From NCBI GenBank assembly GCA_965227345.1, contig OZ245755.1, positions 286,527-350,526 on the forward strand: 64,000 nucleotides of DNA, in the 5' to 3' direction. Under the pieces are notes generated by a model. The model had not been told where the DNA came from and searched no databases. It worked only from the letters and a program-made list of their open reading frames with translations. This document shows, in pieces, positions 37,879 through 46,188 of the stretch (position 1 is the first letter of the stretch; each line of letters starts with the position of its first letter). Both the position numbers and the translations under genes were made by a program. This DNA is from Sphingomonadales bacterium (GTDB lineage Bacteria > Pseudomonadota > Alphaproteobacteria > Sphingomonadales > G965227345).

Positions 37879-38652
37879 ATGATCAAATACAGCTTTTGGA
37901 ATGCCCCCTTGAAATATTGCACGGGAACACTCTTCGTTCTTGCCGTAATTATGTCCTCTCCTTCAGACACGGTCGCCAAACCCGTTCTGGACAAGCCAAT
38001 CATGGACCCTGTCAGCAAAAGTTATTTTGAACTGGTGGAAGACCAGACAATCTCCACTCAGGGGCCGGTATGGAGCCAGGCTGTGGAGCTTGCCCAAACA
38101 CATTATCACAATGGCATTCAGGGCAGGCTTGCCGTCATCAAATCCCCTCAGACCGAACTTTTCATAAGAACTGAATTACGCCCGGATGAACATGCGTGGT
38201 TTGGTCTTTCCTATGATTGTGCATCGCGCAAGCTGGTGTGGGTGACAGGCGAAGACCTGAGGCAGGGTCAATATGCCAATTGGGACCCGATTAAATGGAA
38301 TCGTGCGCACGCAGGTCTTTTTTGCCCGGCAGGCACAAGCCATATGCCAGCCTTCATTACAGCGGGTGACCAGACAAAATACTGGGCTGTCCAGCTGCAC
38401 GGCAAGCGCTATTACCAGTATATTGTTGAATATCCGGCCAATGGCAAAAAGGGTGCCCCTGAGAAAGCAAAGGCGGCCCCTGCTCCGGAAGGTCAATCTT
38501 CAAAAGCACCGGATGCAGCGACAACGGCTACATCTGCAACCGGTGCAGGAACGGAGGTCCGGGAAGACACGACAGCCCCGGTTGACCAGACAGGTTCCGA
38601 AGCACCTGATAACGACCAAAAATATACGCATGATGGCCGCAACGAGGAATAA
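37879..38652 (+). CDS. Secreted C-type-lectin-like domain protein with an Ala/Pro/Thr-rich acidic tail
   Basis: Signal-like N-terminus (TGTLFVLAVIMSSPSDTVA). CTLD-like landmarks: VWSQAVELAQ ... GRLAVIKSPQTELFI ... AWFGLSYD ... LVWVTGEDL ... YANW ... YWAVQL ... YIVEY. Assigned by eye only. Confidence 0.45.
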   Translation: MIKYSFWNAPLKYCTGTLFVLAVIMSSPSDTVAKPVLDKPIMDPVSKSYFELVEDQTISTQGPVWSQAVELAQTHYHNGIQGRLAVIKSPQTELFIRTELRPDEHAWFGLSYDCASRKLVWVTGEDLRQGQYANWDPIKWNRAHAGLFCPAGTSHMPAFITAGDQTKYWAVQLHGKRYYQYIVEYPANGKKGAPEKAKAAPAPEGQSSKAPDAATTATSATGAGTEVREDTTAPVDQTGSEAPDNDQKYTHDGRNEE

Positions 38653-38707
38653 GGCGGCATACAAAGCCCCGAACCAGACGTATGCAAGGACATGATAGTC
38701 CGGCCTC

Positions 38708-39046
38708 TTATATCTTTTTGACAAACCCGGATTTAAGGCTCATGGAGCCAACGCCGTCAATCTTGCAATCAATGTCATGATCGCCTTCCACCAGGCGGAT
38801 ATTTTTGACCTTGGTGCCCACCTTGACAATGTATGACGAGCCCTTGACCTTCAGATCCTTGATAACCGTGATGGTATCCCCGTCAGCAAGGGGGGTGCCG
38901 TTGGCGTCTACAATTTGCCGGGCCGCCTCTCCGGCGGCTTCATCGCCCGATGTCCATTCATGTGCACATTCCGGGCATATCAGTAATCCTCTGTCTTCGT
39001 AGGTGTAGGAAGACTGGCATTGCGGGCAAGCCGGTAATTCGCTCAT
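38708..39046 (-). CDS. phnA: PhnA/YjdM zinc-ribbon protein
   Basis: N-terminal CPQC ... CPEC zinc ribbon. The C-terminal domain has [25 protein letters not shown] ... DCKIDG ... LKSGFVKK. Confidence 0.85.
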   Translation of the reverse strand: MSELPACPQCQSSYTYEDRGLLICPECAHEWTSGDEAAGEAARQIVDANGTPLADGDTITVIKDLKVKGSSYIVKVGTKVKNIRLVEGDHDIDCKIDGVGSMSLKSGFVKKI

Positions 39047-39123
39047 AACGGATCCTGAATACTGGATTTGATGTCCATCCCTGCAATGCCCTCAGGCACC
39101 GTTTGCATGGATGAACAGAATAA

Positions 39124-39200
39124 TTGGTCCGCCCTGCAGGATTCGAACCTGCGACCTACGGCTTAGAAGGCCGTTGCTCTATCCAGCTGAGCTAAGGGCG
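39124..39200 (-). tRNA. tRNA-Arg (anticodon TCT), 77 nt with an encoded CCA
   Basis: Hand-folded cloverleaf: acceptor CCGCCCT/AGGGCGG; D arm GCTC-AGCTGGATA-GAGC; anticodon arm ACGGC-CTTCTAA-GCCGT; variable loop AGGTC; T arm GCAGG-TTCGAAT-CCTGC; then A and CCA. Confidence 0.9.
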
Positions 39201-39213
39201 GATCGGGAAAAAC

Positions 39214-39492
39214 TCATTTAAAATTTTCAGCGTATGACTTTATCTTCAGCCGTCGTTCATGCGGCTGTAAAACCGTATAAGGGATATGATGACGGGTTGC
39301 AAACCCAACGGCATCGTCAAGCTCGGTAAATTTCAGCCTGACCTGTCCCTTGGTATCCGTCGATCCGGTCCATCCCATTAAAGGATCAATTTTTCGCACG
39401 GCATCAGGTTCAAACTCAAGCAACCACTTGTCAATATTGGCCCGGCCCGACTGCATGGCGGATTTTGAAGGCTTGTATATTCTGGCCCGCAT
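39214..39492 (-). CDS. NDUFS4-like 'ETC complex I subunit conserved region' protein
   Basis: MRARIYKPSKSAMQSGRA ... WLLEFEP ... DPLMGWTGS.D ... L.F ... A..FA..H.I.Y is the characteristic alphaproteobacterial NDUFS4-homologue pattern. Start taken at ATG 39492. Confidence 0.8.
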   Translation of the reverse strand: MRARIYKPSKSAMQSGRANIDKWLLEFEPDAVRKIDPLMGWTGSTDTKGQVRLKFTELDDAVGFATRHHIPYTVLQPHERRLKIKSYAENFK

Positions 39493-39779
39493 GACGTTTA
39501 CCCCAAAAACATCCTGAACAAATTTGACGTTCTTGTACCCCAAAGAAACCTCTTGAACAAGCATATGTCGTCGCTTTTGTCTGCAAATACATATGAAACG
39601 TCCCTGCCACGCCTGATCGATTGATATGCCGGGGACCGCTCACCAAAAGCACCACTTTGTTTCTAACTAATCCTTTATAAGTGATCTGCAGGCATCCAGT
39701 GTCGATAAATTTTACAAATTTTTAATTCACTTTCATACGTTAACCATAAGAATCCCGAAAATACGGGCGTCTGGAATGT

Positions 39780-39795
39780 TGGCATCAGGTTTGCA
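39780..39795 (+). promoter_or_regulatory. Candidate sigma-54 (-24/-12) promoter for the PEP-CTERM protein gene
   Basis: TGGCAT-caggt-TTGCA matches the consensus TGGCAC-N5-TTGCW with exact spacing and one mismatch. It lies about 100 nt upstream of ATG 39897 on the same strand. Confidence 0.6.
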
Positions 39796-39896
39796 TTAAT
39801 CCGGACAGCACATGAAAACGGGCAACAGTGTATCAATCTGTTTTTTATGTCGTAAACCGTACCTCGGTACATGCATTTTGGGAATAGGATCAAGTT

Positions 39897-40574
39897 ATGA
39901 ACAAAATCTCCAAATTTATTTCTGCTGCTGCCATCAGCCTTACAGCTGTTGCCGGTACTGCTTCAGCTGCAGAGCTGATTTCTAACGGTGACTTCGAAGC
40001 CGGTCTTTCTGGCTGGAACACATTCGGTAACACTGCATCAGTCATCAACATCGGTGGCACACACCAGAATGTTGCATATCTGAATGACAACAACAGCACG
40101 GGCCTCGTAGGCATTTATCAGGATATTTATATTCCTGTTGCAGCAGACAGCCTGAGTGTTTCTTTCGATTATTACTTCGGCGAAAATGATCGTTCAATTC
40201 TGTTAACTGACAGCTTCACAGCTGCTCTGACCCAGATTTTCGCTCTCTGCTTCGGTATTTGCGTACCTGCGCCAGACATTAGTGATGTTACGTGGACAGA
40301 AGATTCAAATGGCTGGGTTTCATTCGCCGCTGACGTTGACGTTGTAGACAATCTGATTGATTACAATCCAAATGGCGTTCTGAAGTTCGCCCTGAATGAA
40401 GTTTGGGCTGGCCTGTTCCATGACAAGACTGACTCATTCGCGAAGATCGACAACGTTTCGATCACAACCAATGGTGGTCCTGGCGGTAACGAAGTTCCTG
40501 AGCCTGGTACACTTGCTCTGTTGGGCGCTGGCCTGCTGGGTCTGGGTCTGGCACGTCGTCGCAAAGCTGCATAA
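39897..40574 (+). CDS. PEP-CTERM sorting-domain protein (exosortase substrate) with a CBM-like jelly-roll N-terminal domain
   Basis: Signal peptide ends AGTASA. The C-terminus VPEPGTLALLGAGLLGLGLARRRKAA (40494-40571) has the PEP motif, a TM helix and a basic tail. The mature N-terminus ELISNGDFEAGLSGWNTFGN is typical of CBM4/9-like modules. Confidence 0.9.
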   Translation: MNKISKFISAAAISLTAVAGTASAAELISNGDFEAGLSGWNTFGNTASVINIGGTHQNVAYLNDNNSTGLVGIYQDIYIPVAADSLSVSFDYYFGENDRSILLTDSFTAALTQIFALCFGICVPAPDISDVTWTEDSNGWVSFAADVDVVDNLIDYNPNGVLKFALNEVWAGLFHDKTDSFAKIDNVSITTNGGPGGNEVPEPGTLALLGAGLLGLGLARRRKAA

Positions 40575-40607
40575 GCCACTTTGCACTGACAAGACAGAAC
40601 TTTCGGG

Positions 40608-40640
40608 AATGGCGGCTCTACGGGGCCGCCATTTTCTTTT
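40608..40640 (+). terminator. Intrinsic terminator after the PEP-CTERM gene
   Basis: Perfect 9-bp stem AATGGCGGC/GCCGCCATT with an 8-nt loop, followed by TTCTTTT. Confidence 0.7.
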
Positions 40641-40862
40641 GCTGTATCCCGCTCCCCCTGCCCCGCGCCTCCCTTGCTTCTCTTCAAGACCATCTTGCAG
40701 CCACACCGGCTCTTCCCTAATAGACATGTCTGCCATATCTTGATTAAGATCAGAGCGGAACCACATAAAACAGGTAAGATCAAAACGCAGGAGCGTAGCT
40801 TACATTGGCGGTAATTCCGACTAAGTATTTATAAAACATCGCTTTTTTACAAAGGCAAACGG

Positions 40863-41792
40863 ATGCGAGACCCTTATGAAATTCTGAATGTTGCAAAAAC
40901 TGCCGATCAGAAAGAAATCAAAAAAGCCTATCATACTATGGCCAAGTCACTACACCCTGACCTGAATCCGGATAAAAAGGGCGTTGAAGAGAAATTTAAG
41001 GAAGTATCATCTGCCTATGCCCTGCTCTCGGACCCCGAGCAGAGACGACGCTTTGATGCTGGAGAAATTGATGCCAGCGGTCAGGAATCAGCCCCTCGCG
41101 GGTTTTATCGAGACTATGCAGACCAGGCCGCGGGCCAGGGCTATGCCCGTCAGGAAGGGTTTTCATCCGAAGAAGATCTGGAAGAATTTCTATCCGGCAT
41201 GTTTGGGAATCGCGGCGCGCGAAGTGCGGGCGGCCAGCAATTTAAAATGCGCGGGAGCGATGTAAGCTATTCACTGCAAATCGACTTCCTTGACGCAGCC
41301 CAGGGCGCAAGCAAAACAATTACGATGCCCGATGGCAAGTCATTAAGCGTTAAAATACCGGAAGGTGTGACCGATCGCCAGACCCTGCGACTGGGCGGCA
41401 AGGGGAACCCCGGTATTGGCGGCGGCCCGCCGGGGGACGCCTATATAGAGGTGCACATCCGGCCACACGCCTATTTCTCCCGCAAGGATAACAACATCCA
41501 TGTTGATGTACCTGTTACCCTGAAGGAAGCCGTGCTCGGCGGACAGATAGAGGTGCCAACAGTTAACGGGAAGGTCAAAATGAATGTACCCAAAGGATCC
41601 AACACCGGCACCAGTCTAAGGTTGAAGGAAAAGGGCATCCTGGACCGCCGTAGCGGACAACGGGGCCACCAGTATGTGAACCTGAAGGTCGTACTCCCCG
41701 AAAAGCCGGACGCTGAACTGGAGAAATTTGCTGCAGACTGGACGCCCTCGTCTGACGATAACCCCAGAGACCACATGGGGGGCAGCTCATGA
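40863..41792 (+). CDS. cbpA: Curved-DNA-binding DnaJ homologue CbpA (J domain + DnaJ_C, no zinc finger)
   Basis: J domain with the HPD motif (KSLHPDLNP), a Gly-rich linker and C-terminal DnaJ substrate-binding repeats. No CxxCxGxG repeats. Confidence 0.85.
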   Translation: MRDPYEILNVAKTADQKEIKKAYHTMAKSLHPDLNPDKKGVEEKFKEVSSAYALLSDPEQRRRFDAGEIDASGQESAPRGFYRDYADQAAGQGYARQEGFSSEEDLEEFLSGMFGNRGARSAGGQQFKMRGSDVSYSLQIDFLDAAQGASKTITMPDGKSLSVKIPEGVTDRQTLRLGGKGNPGIGGGPPGDAYIEVHIRPHAYFSRKDNNIHVDVPVTLKEAVLGGQIEVPTVNGKVKMNVPKGSNTGTSLRLKEKGILDRRSGQRGHQYVNLKVVLPEKPDAELEKFAADWTPSSDDNPRDHMGGSS

Positions 41793-42148
41793 TTGTCTTT
41801 GAAGAAGTTATCACCCGGATAGAGTGCCTTAAGGCCGAAGACCTGGAATACTGGATCAGGGAACGCTGGGTGTTGCCGATACGTGAACAGGACGTCTTTC
41901 ATTTCTCGGAAGCTGATTTTGCCCGCATCCAGTTTCTGTGCGATATGCACTATGATCTGGAGGTTGAAACGGAGACACTGCCCATCATATTATCGCTGAT
42001 GGATCAGGTGTATGACCTGCGTCGACAAATAAAACATTTCACACAGGCCATACATGATCAGCCTGCGGATGTACGTCAGAATATACTCGAAACCATGCAA
42101 CTGTTGCAAAAACCGCAATCGGACACCCCGGAACCGGACGATATGTAA
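41789..42148 (+). CDS. cbpM: Chaperone modulatory protein CbpM (MerR-like)
   Basis: 4-nt overlap with cbpA. Size and pattern (W..ERWV.P ... F.F.E.D.AR...L) match CbpM. Confidence 0.7.
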   Translation: MIVFEEVITRIECLKAEDLEYWIRERWVLPIREQDVFHFSEADFARIQFLCDMHYDLEVETETLPIILSLMDQVYDLRRQIKHFTQAIHDQPADVRQNILETMQLLQKPQSDTPEPDDM

Positions 42149-42174
42149 CCCTCGCGTCATATGGAGATCATTTA

Positions 42175-43404
42175 ATGTTACGCCTCCGCACAAGAAATTG
42201 TTCTGCTTTTAACTGCCTTGCGCTGGCCGTATTGATATTAACATCCGCTTCAACGGGCACCGCACAGCCCGTGCCCACACCCCCGCCAAACGTACCGTCT
42301 TTCTCTCCGGCTTTCCCGGGCCAGACACGTGCCGGGCAAGTTATTTCAAATGTCAATATCCATCAGGAAACTGTTGCGCGGGGTCTAAATCACCCCTGGG
42401 CTATAAAAGTATTACCTGACGAGCGCTTCCTGGTGACGGAACGCGTCGGAAATCTGCGGGTTATTTCAAAAGACGGGACAGTATCGCCCCCGATCAGCGG
42501 GTTGCCCAAAGTCGAGGTGCGCGGCCAGGGCGGGCTGCTGGATGTCGTTCCTGGGCCCAATTTCAAGGACGACCGCATGATCTACTGGAGTTATGCCGAA
42601 GCCCGGGACGGCGATAAAAACACGACAAGCGTCGCGCGGGGTCACCTCTCCGAAGATATGACGCAAGTAACTGACATCGAGGTCATATTCCGTCAACAAC
42701 CAGCCTGGGATTCCCGCCTGCACTTTGGATCGCGGCTGGTCTGGGACCGGGATGGTCTGCTTTATATCACGTTGGGAGAACGGTCCCTGCGCGAAATACG
42801 GGGTCAGGCCCAACTGTTGAATGGCCATATCGGGAAGGTTGTCCGCATCCACCCCGACGGCTCTGTACCCGACAGCAATCCATTCACAAACCGCAAGGAC
42901 GCCCAACCCGAGATCTGGTCTTATGGCCACCGCAACATTCAGGGAGCAGCGCTTCATCCGGAAACCGGAGCCTTGTGGACGATTGAACATGGTCCGCAAG
43001 GGGGCGACGAACTCAATATCCCGGAAGCAGGCAAAAACTACGGCTGGCCCGTCATTACTTACGGCGAGAATTATAACGGCACACCGATTGGTGACAGCAT
43101 AGCCCAAAAAGAAGGGATGGAGCAGCCGATATACTATTGGGACCCGGTCATAGCGCCGGGTGGCATGGTTTTTTACACGGGCGACATGTTCCCTGAATGG
43201 CGGGGCAACCTGCTGGTCTCGTCGCTAAGCCCCGGCGCGCTGGTCAGGCTTGAGCTGGACAGCAATCGTGTGACGGGGGAAGAGCGCTTGCTCAAGGATA
43301 TCGGGCGGGTACGTGACGTGGCAATTGCACAAGATAGCTCAATACTGGTTATCACAGATCATAAAGCTGGAAAGCTGATAAGGTTGACCAGGAAAGCCGA
43401 ATAA
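42175..43404 (+). CDS. PQQ-dependent soluble sugar (aldose/sorbosone) dehydrogenase, YliI-like beta-propeller
   Basis: Signal peptide. Motifs: GLNHPWA, GQGGLLDV, HFGSRL, GHRNIQG, EHGPQGGDELN and NYGWP. Confidence 0.85.
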   Translation: MLRLRTRNCSAFNCLALAVLILTSASTGTAQPVPTPPPNVPSFSPAFPGQTRAGQVISNVNIHQETVARGLNHPWAIKVLPDERFLVTERVGNLRVISKDGTVSPPISGLPKVEVRGQGGLLDVVPGPNFKDDRMIYWSYAEARDGDKNTTSVARGHLSEDMTQVTDIEVIFRQQPAWDSRLHFGSRLVWDRDGLLYITLGERSLREIRGQAQLLNGHIGKVVRIHPDGSVPDSNPFTNRKDAQPEIWSYGHRNIQGAALHPETGALWTIEHGPQGGDELNIPEAGKNYGWPVITYGENYNGTPIGDSIAQKEGMEQPIYYWDPVIAPGGMVFYTGDMFPEWRGNLLVSSLSPGALVRLELDSNRVTGEERLLKDIGRVRDVAIAQDSSILVITDHKAGKLIRLTRKAE

Positions 43405-43427
43405 ATCGTCTCTTTTGCCTGAACCCC

Positions 43428-43931
43428 TTATTTTGCCTTGCCATATAATGCCTTGTGCTCGACAGAGATACGCAGCCACAGCACAAGGGCATTCAGCAGC
43501 GTAAATATTATGGCAACCCACACCAGCCCCAGCACCACAGGTGCCACAAAAATTTCAGCTACCACCAGCACATAATTGGGGTGGTTCATAAAACGATAGG
43601 GCCCGCGGCGGACCAGAGGTTCATCAATAAGAATGATGCGCGTGGTCCAGCGCGCCCCAAGACTGACCAGAATCCAGACCCTGAACAATTGAAGGACTGC
43701 ATAAATCACCAGCCAGAAAAGTGAAACAGGTGCTTGCCAGCCAAACCAGATCAGGGCCAAAATCCACGCCGTGTGCAAGGCGACAATCAAAGGGTAATGG
43801 CTGGCCCCTGCTTCAACAGCCCCTCGCGCCAGCAATCGGGCGGTATTGCGCCGGGCAATAGCCAGTTCAACCAGCCGCTGCAACACAATAAAAGACAGAA
43901 ACAATATGGCGGGCGTTAAATAGCTGTTCAT
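43428..43931 (-). CDS. Isoprenylcysteine carboxyl methyltransferase (ICMT)-family membrane methyltransferase
   Basis: A 167-aa polytopic protein with RRGPYRFMNHPNYVLVVAEI (the ICMT/PEMT C-terminal signature). 4-nt overlap with the upstream PKS gene. Confidence 0.7.
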   Translation of the reverse strand: MNSYLTPAILFLSFIVLQRLVELAIARRNTARLLARGAVEAGASHYPLIVALHTAWILALIWFGWQAPVSLFWLVIYAVLQLFRVWILVSLGARWTTRIILIDEPLVRRGPYRFMNHPNYVLVVAEIFVAPVVLGLVWVAIIFTLLNALVLWLRISVEHKALYGKAK

Positions 43932-45016
43932 GCGGTGCCTTCACAACTTATATGCACCATGGAGGCCGTAAACCCCGGCCCCAGGGCCACAAGCAATGCG
44001 CTCCCCGTTGGCGTGGTCGCCAGATGGCGTTCCAGCACAAACAATGCCGTAGGTGCTGACATATTGCCGTAATCGCGCAGAATATCACGTTCATGGTCCA
44101 GCTTGCCGGGGGCAAGCGTCATTGACGTTTCAATGGCCTCAATCACCTTGGCACCTCCGGGATGGCATACCAGCCGGTTAATATCCGGCCACGCAAGACC
44201 CATTTGTTCTAAGCCACCGTGAACAGCTTCGGCAAAATGTTTATGTGCAAAACCGGGAATTGAGCGATCAAATATCACGCCAAAACCGGTCTCATCCACA
44301 TCCCAGCCCATGATTGGCATGGTGGCGTGCCAGGTATGTTCAACGCCCTGCCCGATTACCGGACCCGTCGGGATGTCTGTCGTCACACAAGCTGCCGCCG
44401 CGCCATCTCCAAATAACACGGTAGCAATAATATCGGCGTTCCGGAAGCGGTCTGACCTGAAACACAGGGTGCAGGTTTCCACCACGACCAGCAGTACCTT
44501 TGCGCCCGGTGCCCCGGCAGCAAGTCGCGCCGCAAGGGCCAGTCCCGTAACGCCACCGGCACAACCAAGCCCAAATACAGGGACCCGTTGAACATCTGTC
44601 CGGAATTTCATAGTTTGCATGGCCCGCACTTCCAGCGTAGGTGTAGCAATGCCGGTTGATGAAACAGTGACAATCGTATCCACATCCGACGCCGCCCACC
44701 CGGCCCGGCTTAATGCGCCTTTGGCAGCCGCCATGAACAACTTTGTCGCACCCGCCAGATATTCAGCCGTTCGATCCGGCCAGCCTCTCGGCTCTTCAAA
44801 CCATGTGATGGGGGCAACTGAATAGCGTGTTTTAACACCGGACGTTTCAAAAGTGAGCGCAAGGCGTTCAAAATCCCCGTAACGGCCACCCATGATACGC
44901 GCGGCAAAATCCCGCACCAGCGTTTGTGGCAACTCGTACTTTGGTACGACAGTATGCAGACTGGCCAAACGCGGACCCGCGAGCTGCGAACCTGCATCTG
45001 ATAAATTTGAAGCCAA
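43928..45016 (-). CDS. Type III polyketide synthase (chalcone-synthase superfamily)
   Basis: Catalytic triad contexts: GLGCAGG (Cys), CHPGGAKV (His) and YGNMSAPT (Asn). The start appears to be TTG. Confidence 0.85.
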   Translation of the reverse strand: MASNLSDAGSQLAGPRLASLHTVVPKYELPQTLVRDFAARIMGGRYGDFERLALTFETSGVKTRYSVAPITWFEEPRGWPDRTAEYLAGATKLFMAAAKGALSRAGWAASDVDTIVTVSSTGIATPTLEVRAMQTMKFRTDVQRVPVFGLGCAGGVTGLALAARLAAGAPGAKVLLVVVETCTLCFRSDRFRNADIIATVLFGDGAAAACVTTDIPTGPVIGQGVEHTWHATMPIMGWDVDETGFGVIFDRSIPGFAHKHFAEAVHGGLEQMGLAWPDINRLVCHPGGAKVIEAIETSMTLAPGKLDHERDILRDYGNMSAPTALFVLERHLATTPTGSALLVALGPGFTASMVHISCEGTA

Positions 45017-45154
45017 ATTAACCGTCCTTCACGCGTGAATCGCTTTAAATATCAAAGCCTATCCCTGCAAGACGATTACGGCAACGCGCAATCCGGTGAG
45101 TTTCCCGATAATGACGCAATAGTGATCAGAACAGGATCGAAGCCAGAACTTAAT

Positions 45155-45361
45155 CTATGTCAACAAGGCAGCAGCCATACGCGCAGAATCGCCAAGGCCT
45201 GCCCCGCTGCTTTTCACATATTCTATGTATTGGGCACGCATGCGCGGGTCCCAAAAGCTGCGAATATGATCAGCAATACCCGCGACGGCCTTTTCCCGGG
45301 GGTAGGAATCAAAGAAACCGGCGATCTGGTTTGCCATGCGCACAAGATCCTGATCTTTCAT
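45155..45361 (-). CDS. fdsD: Formate dehydrogenase delta subunit (FdsD)
   Basis: A 68-aa protein with MANQIAGFF..YP...A...IA.HI..FWDPRMR, the FdsD signature. Last gene of the fds operon. Confidence 0.8.
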   Translation of the reverse strand: MKDQDLVRMANQIAGFFDSYPREKAVAGIADHIRSFWDPRMRAQYIEYVKSSGAGLGDSARMAAALLT

Positions 45362-46188
45362 AACGGCGGTTCCTCATCAAACAGCAATATTCCATCCGGT
45401 GACAAGGACGCAAGCCGCATTCCGGCAGCGGCCGCCATTGAAAGTGCCAGCGACGTCGGCGCAGAAATTGTTGCCAGACAGGCTATCCCGGATATGGCGC
45501 ATTTCTGCACAAGTTCAAAGCTGCAACGACTGGACATTACCACAAAGCCCTCCGCCGGGTGGCGCCCCGCCCGCAGCAGCGCACCAATGAGCTTGTCCAG
45601 CGCATTGTGGCGCCCAACGTCTTCCCGGGTTTCAATAATTGTACCATCCGGCAAACACCAGGCTGCTGCGTGAACCGAATGATTCATCCGGTTCATCGGC
45701 TGATGTGCTTTCAAGGCCTTAAAAGCGCGGTCTATAGCCTCTACATCTATTTCAAAGGCAGGTGAAATTTTATGGCGCATCCGCATCGCGTCCGCCAGTG
45801 ATTCCACACCACACAACCCGCATCCCGACCGTCCCTCTATCGCCCGCTTGCGCAAGGCACGCCGGGCAAGTTTTCTGGGGTCAACGTCAATTTTTACTTC
45901 AAAACCATTGGGTTGTGGCTCAATCTTTATAGACTGGATATCATTTATGTCGCCAAGCATATCTTCTGACAAGGTAAAGCCGATGGCAAAGTCTTCCAGA
46001 TCGGCAGGGGTTGCCATCATCACCACGGTTGAGCCACCGTTATATGACAGTGCCACCGGCACCTCTTCGGCAATCATCCAGTCCTTCGGCGTCGTTTTGC
46101 CATCACGATGCAAAATACCGCGCCCCAGAGTTGAACCGGTCTTTACCGATTTGGGCAGCGGCGCATATATGGCTTCCCCGGCGGGCAT
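45358..46188 (-). CDS. fdhD: Formate dehydrogenase accessory sulfurtransferase FdhD (FdsC)
   Basis: FdhD pattern with the GCGLCG cysteine motif and SGRCSFELVQK-like SSRCSFELVQK. Confidence 0.9.
   Translation of the reverse strand: MPAGEAIYAPLPKSVKTGSTLGRGILHRDGKTTPKDWMIAEEVPVALSYNGGSTVVMMATPADLEDFAIGFTLSEDMLGDINDIQSIKIEPQPNGFEVKIDVDPRKLARRALRKRAIEGRSGCGLCGVESLADAMRMRHKISPAFEIDVEAIDRAFKALKAHQPMNRMNHSVHAAAWCLPDGTIIETREDVGRHNALDKLIGALLRAGRHPAEGFVVMSSRCSFELVQKCAISGIACLATISAPTSLALSMAAAAGMRLASLSPDGILLFDEEPPL

Noticed and set aside
39047-39200. tRNA-Arg as the integration site of a genomic island carrying the EPS locus.
   Set aside because: There is no integrase or recombinase gene anywhere in the window. 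I also could not find a second copy of the tRNA 3' segment (tggtccgccctgcagg) to the left. An imperfect inverted repeat at 39076-39113 looks like a tRNA-flanking hairpin, not an att site.
39675-39893. A 72-aa minus-strand ORF upstream of the PEP-CTERM gene.
   Set aside because: It overlaps the candidate sigma-54 promoter and leader. Its composition is Cys/Phe-rich and odd, and no family is recognised. It is probably non-coding.
40361-40783. Three overlapping ORFs (both strands) downstream of the PEP-CTERM gene.
   Set aside because: They span the intrinsic terminator and a Pro/Arg/Ala-rich low-complexity translation. No start context or homology is evident.
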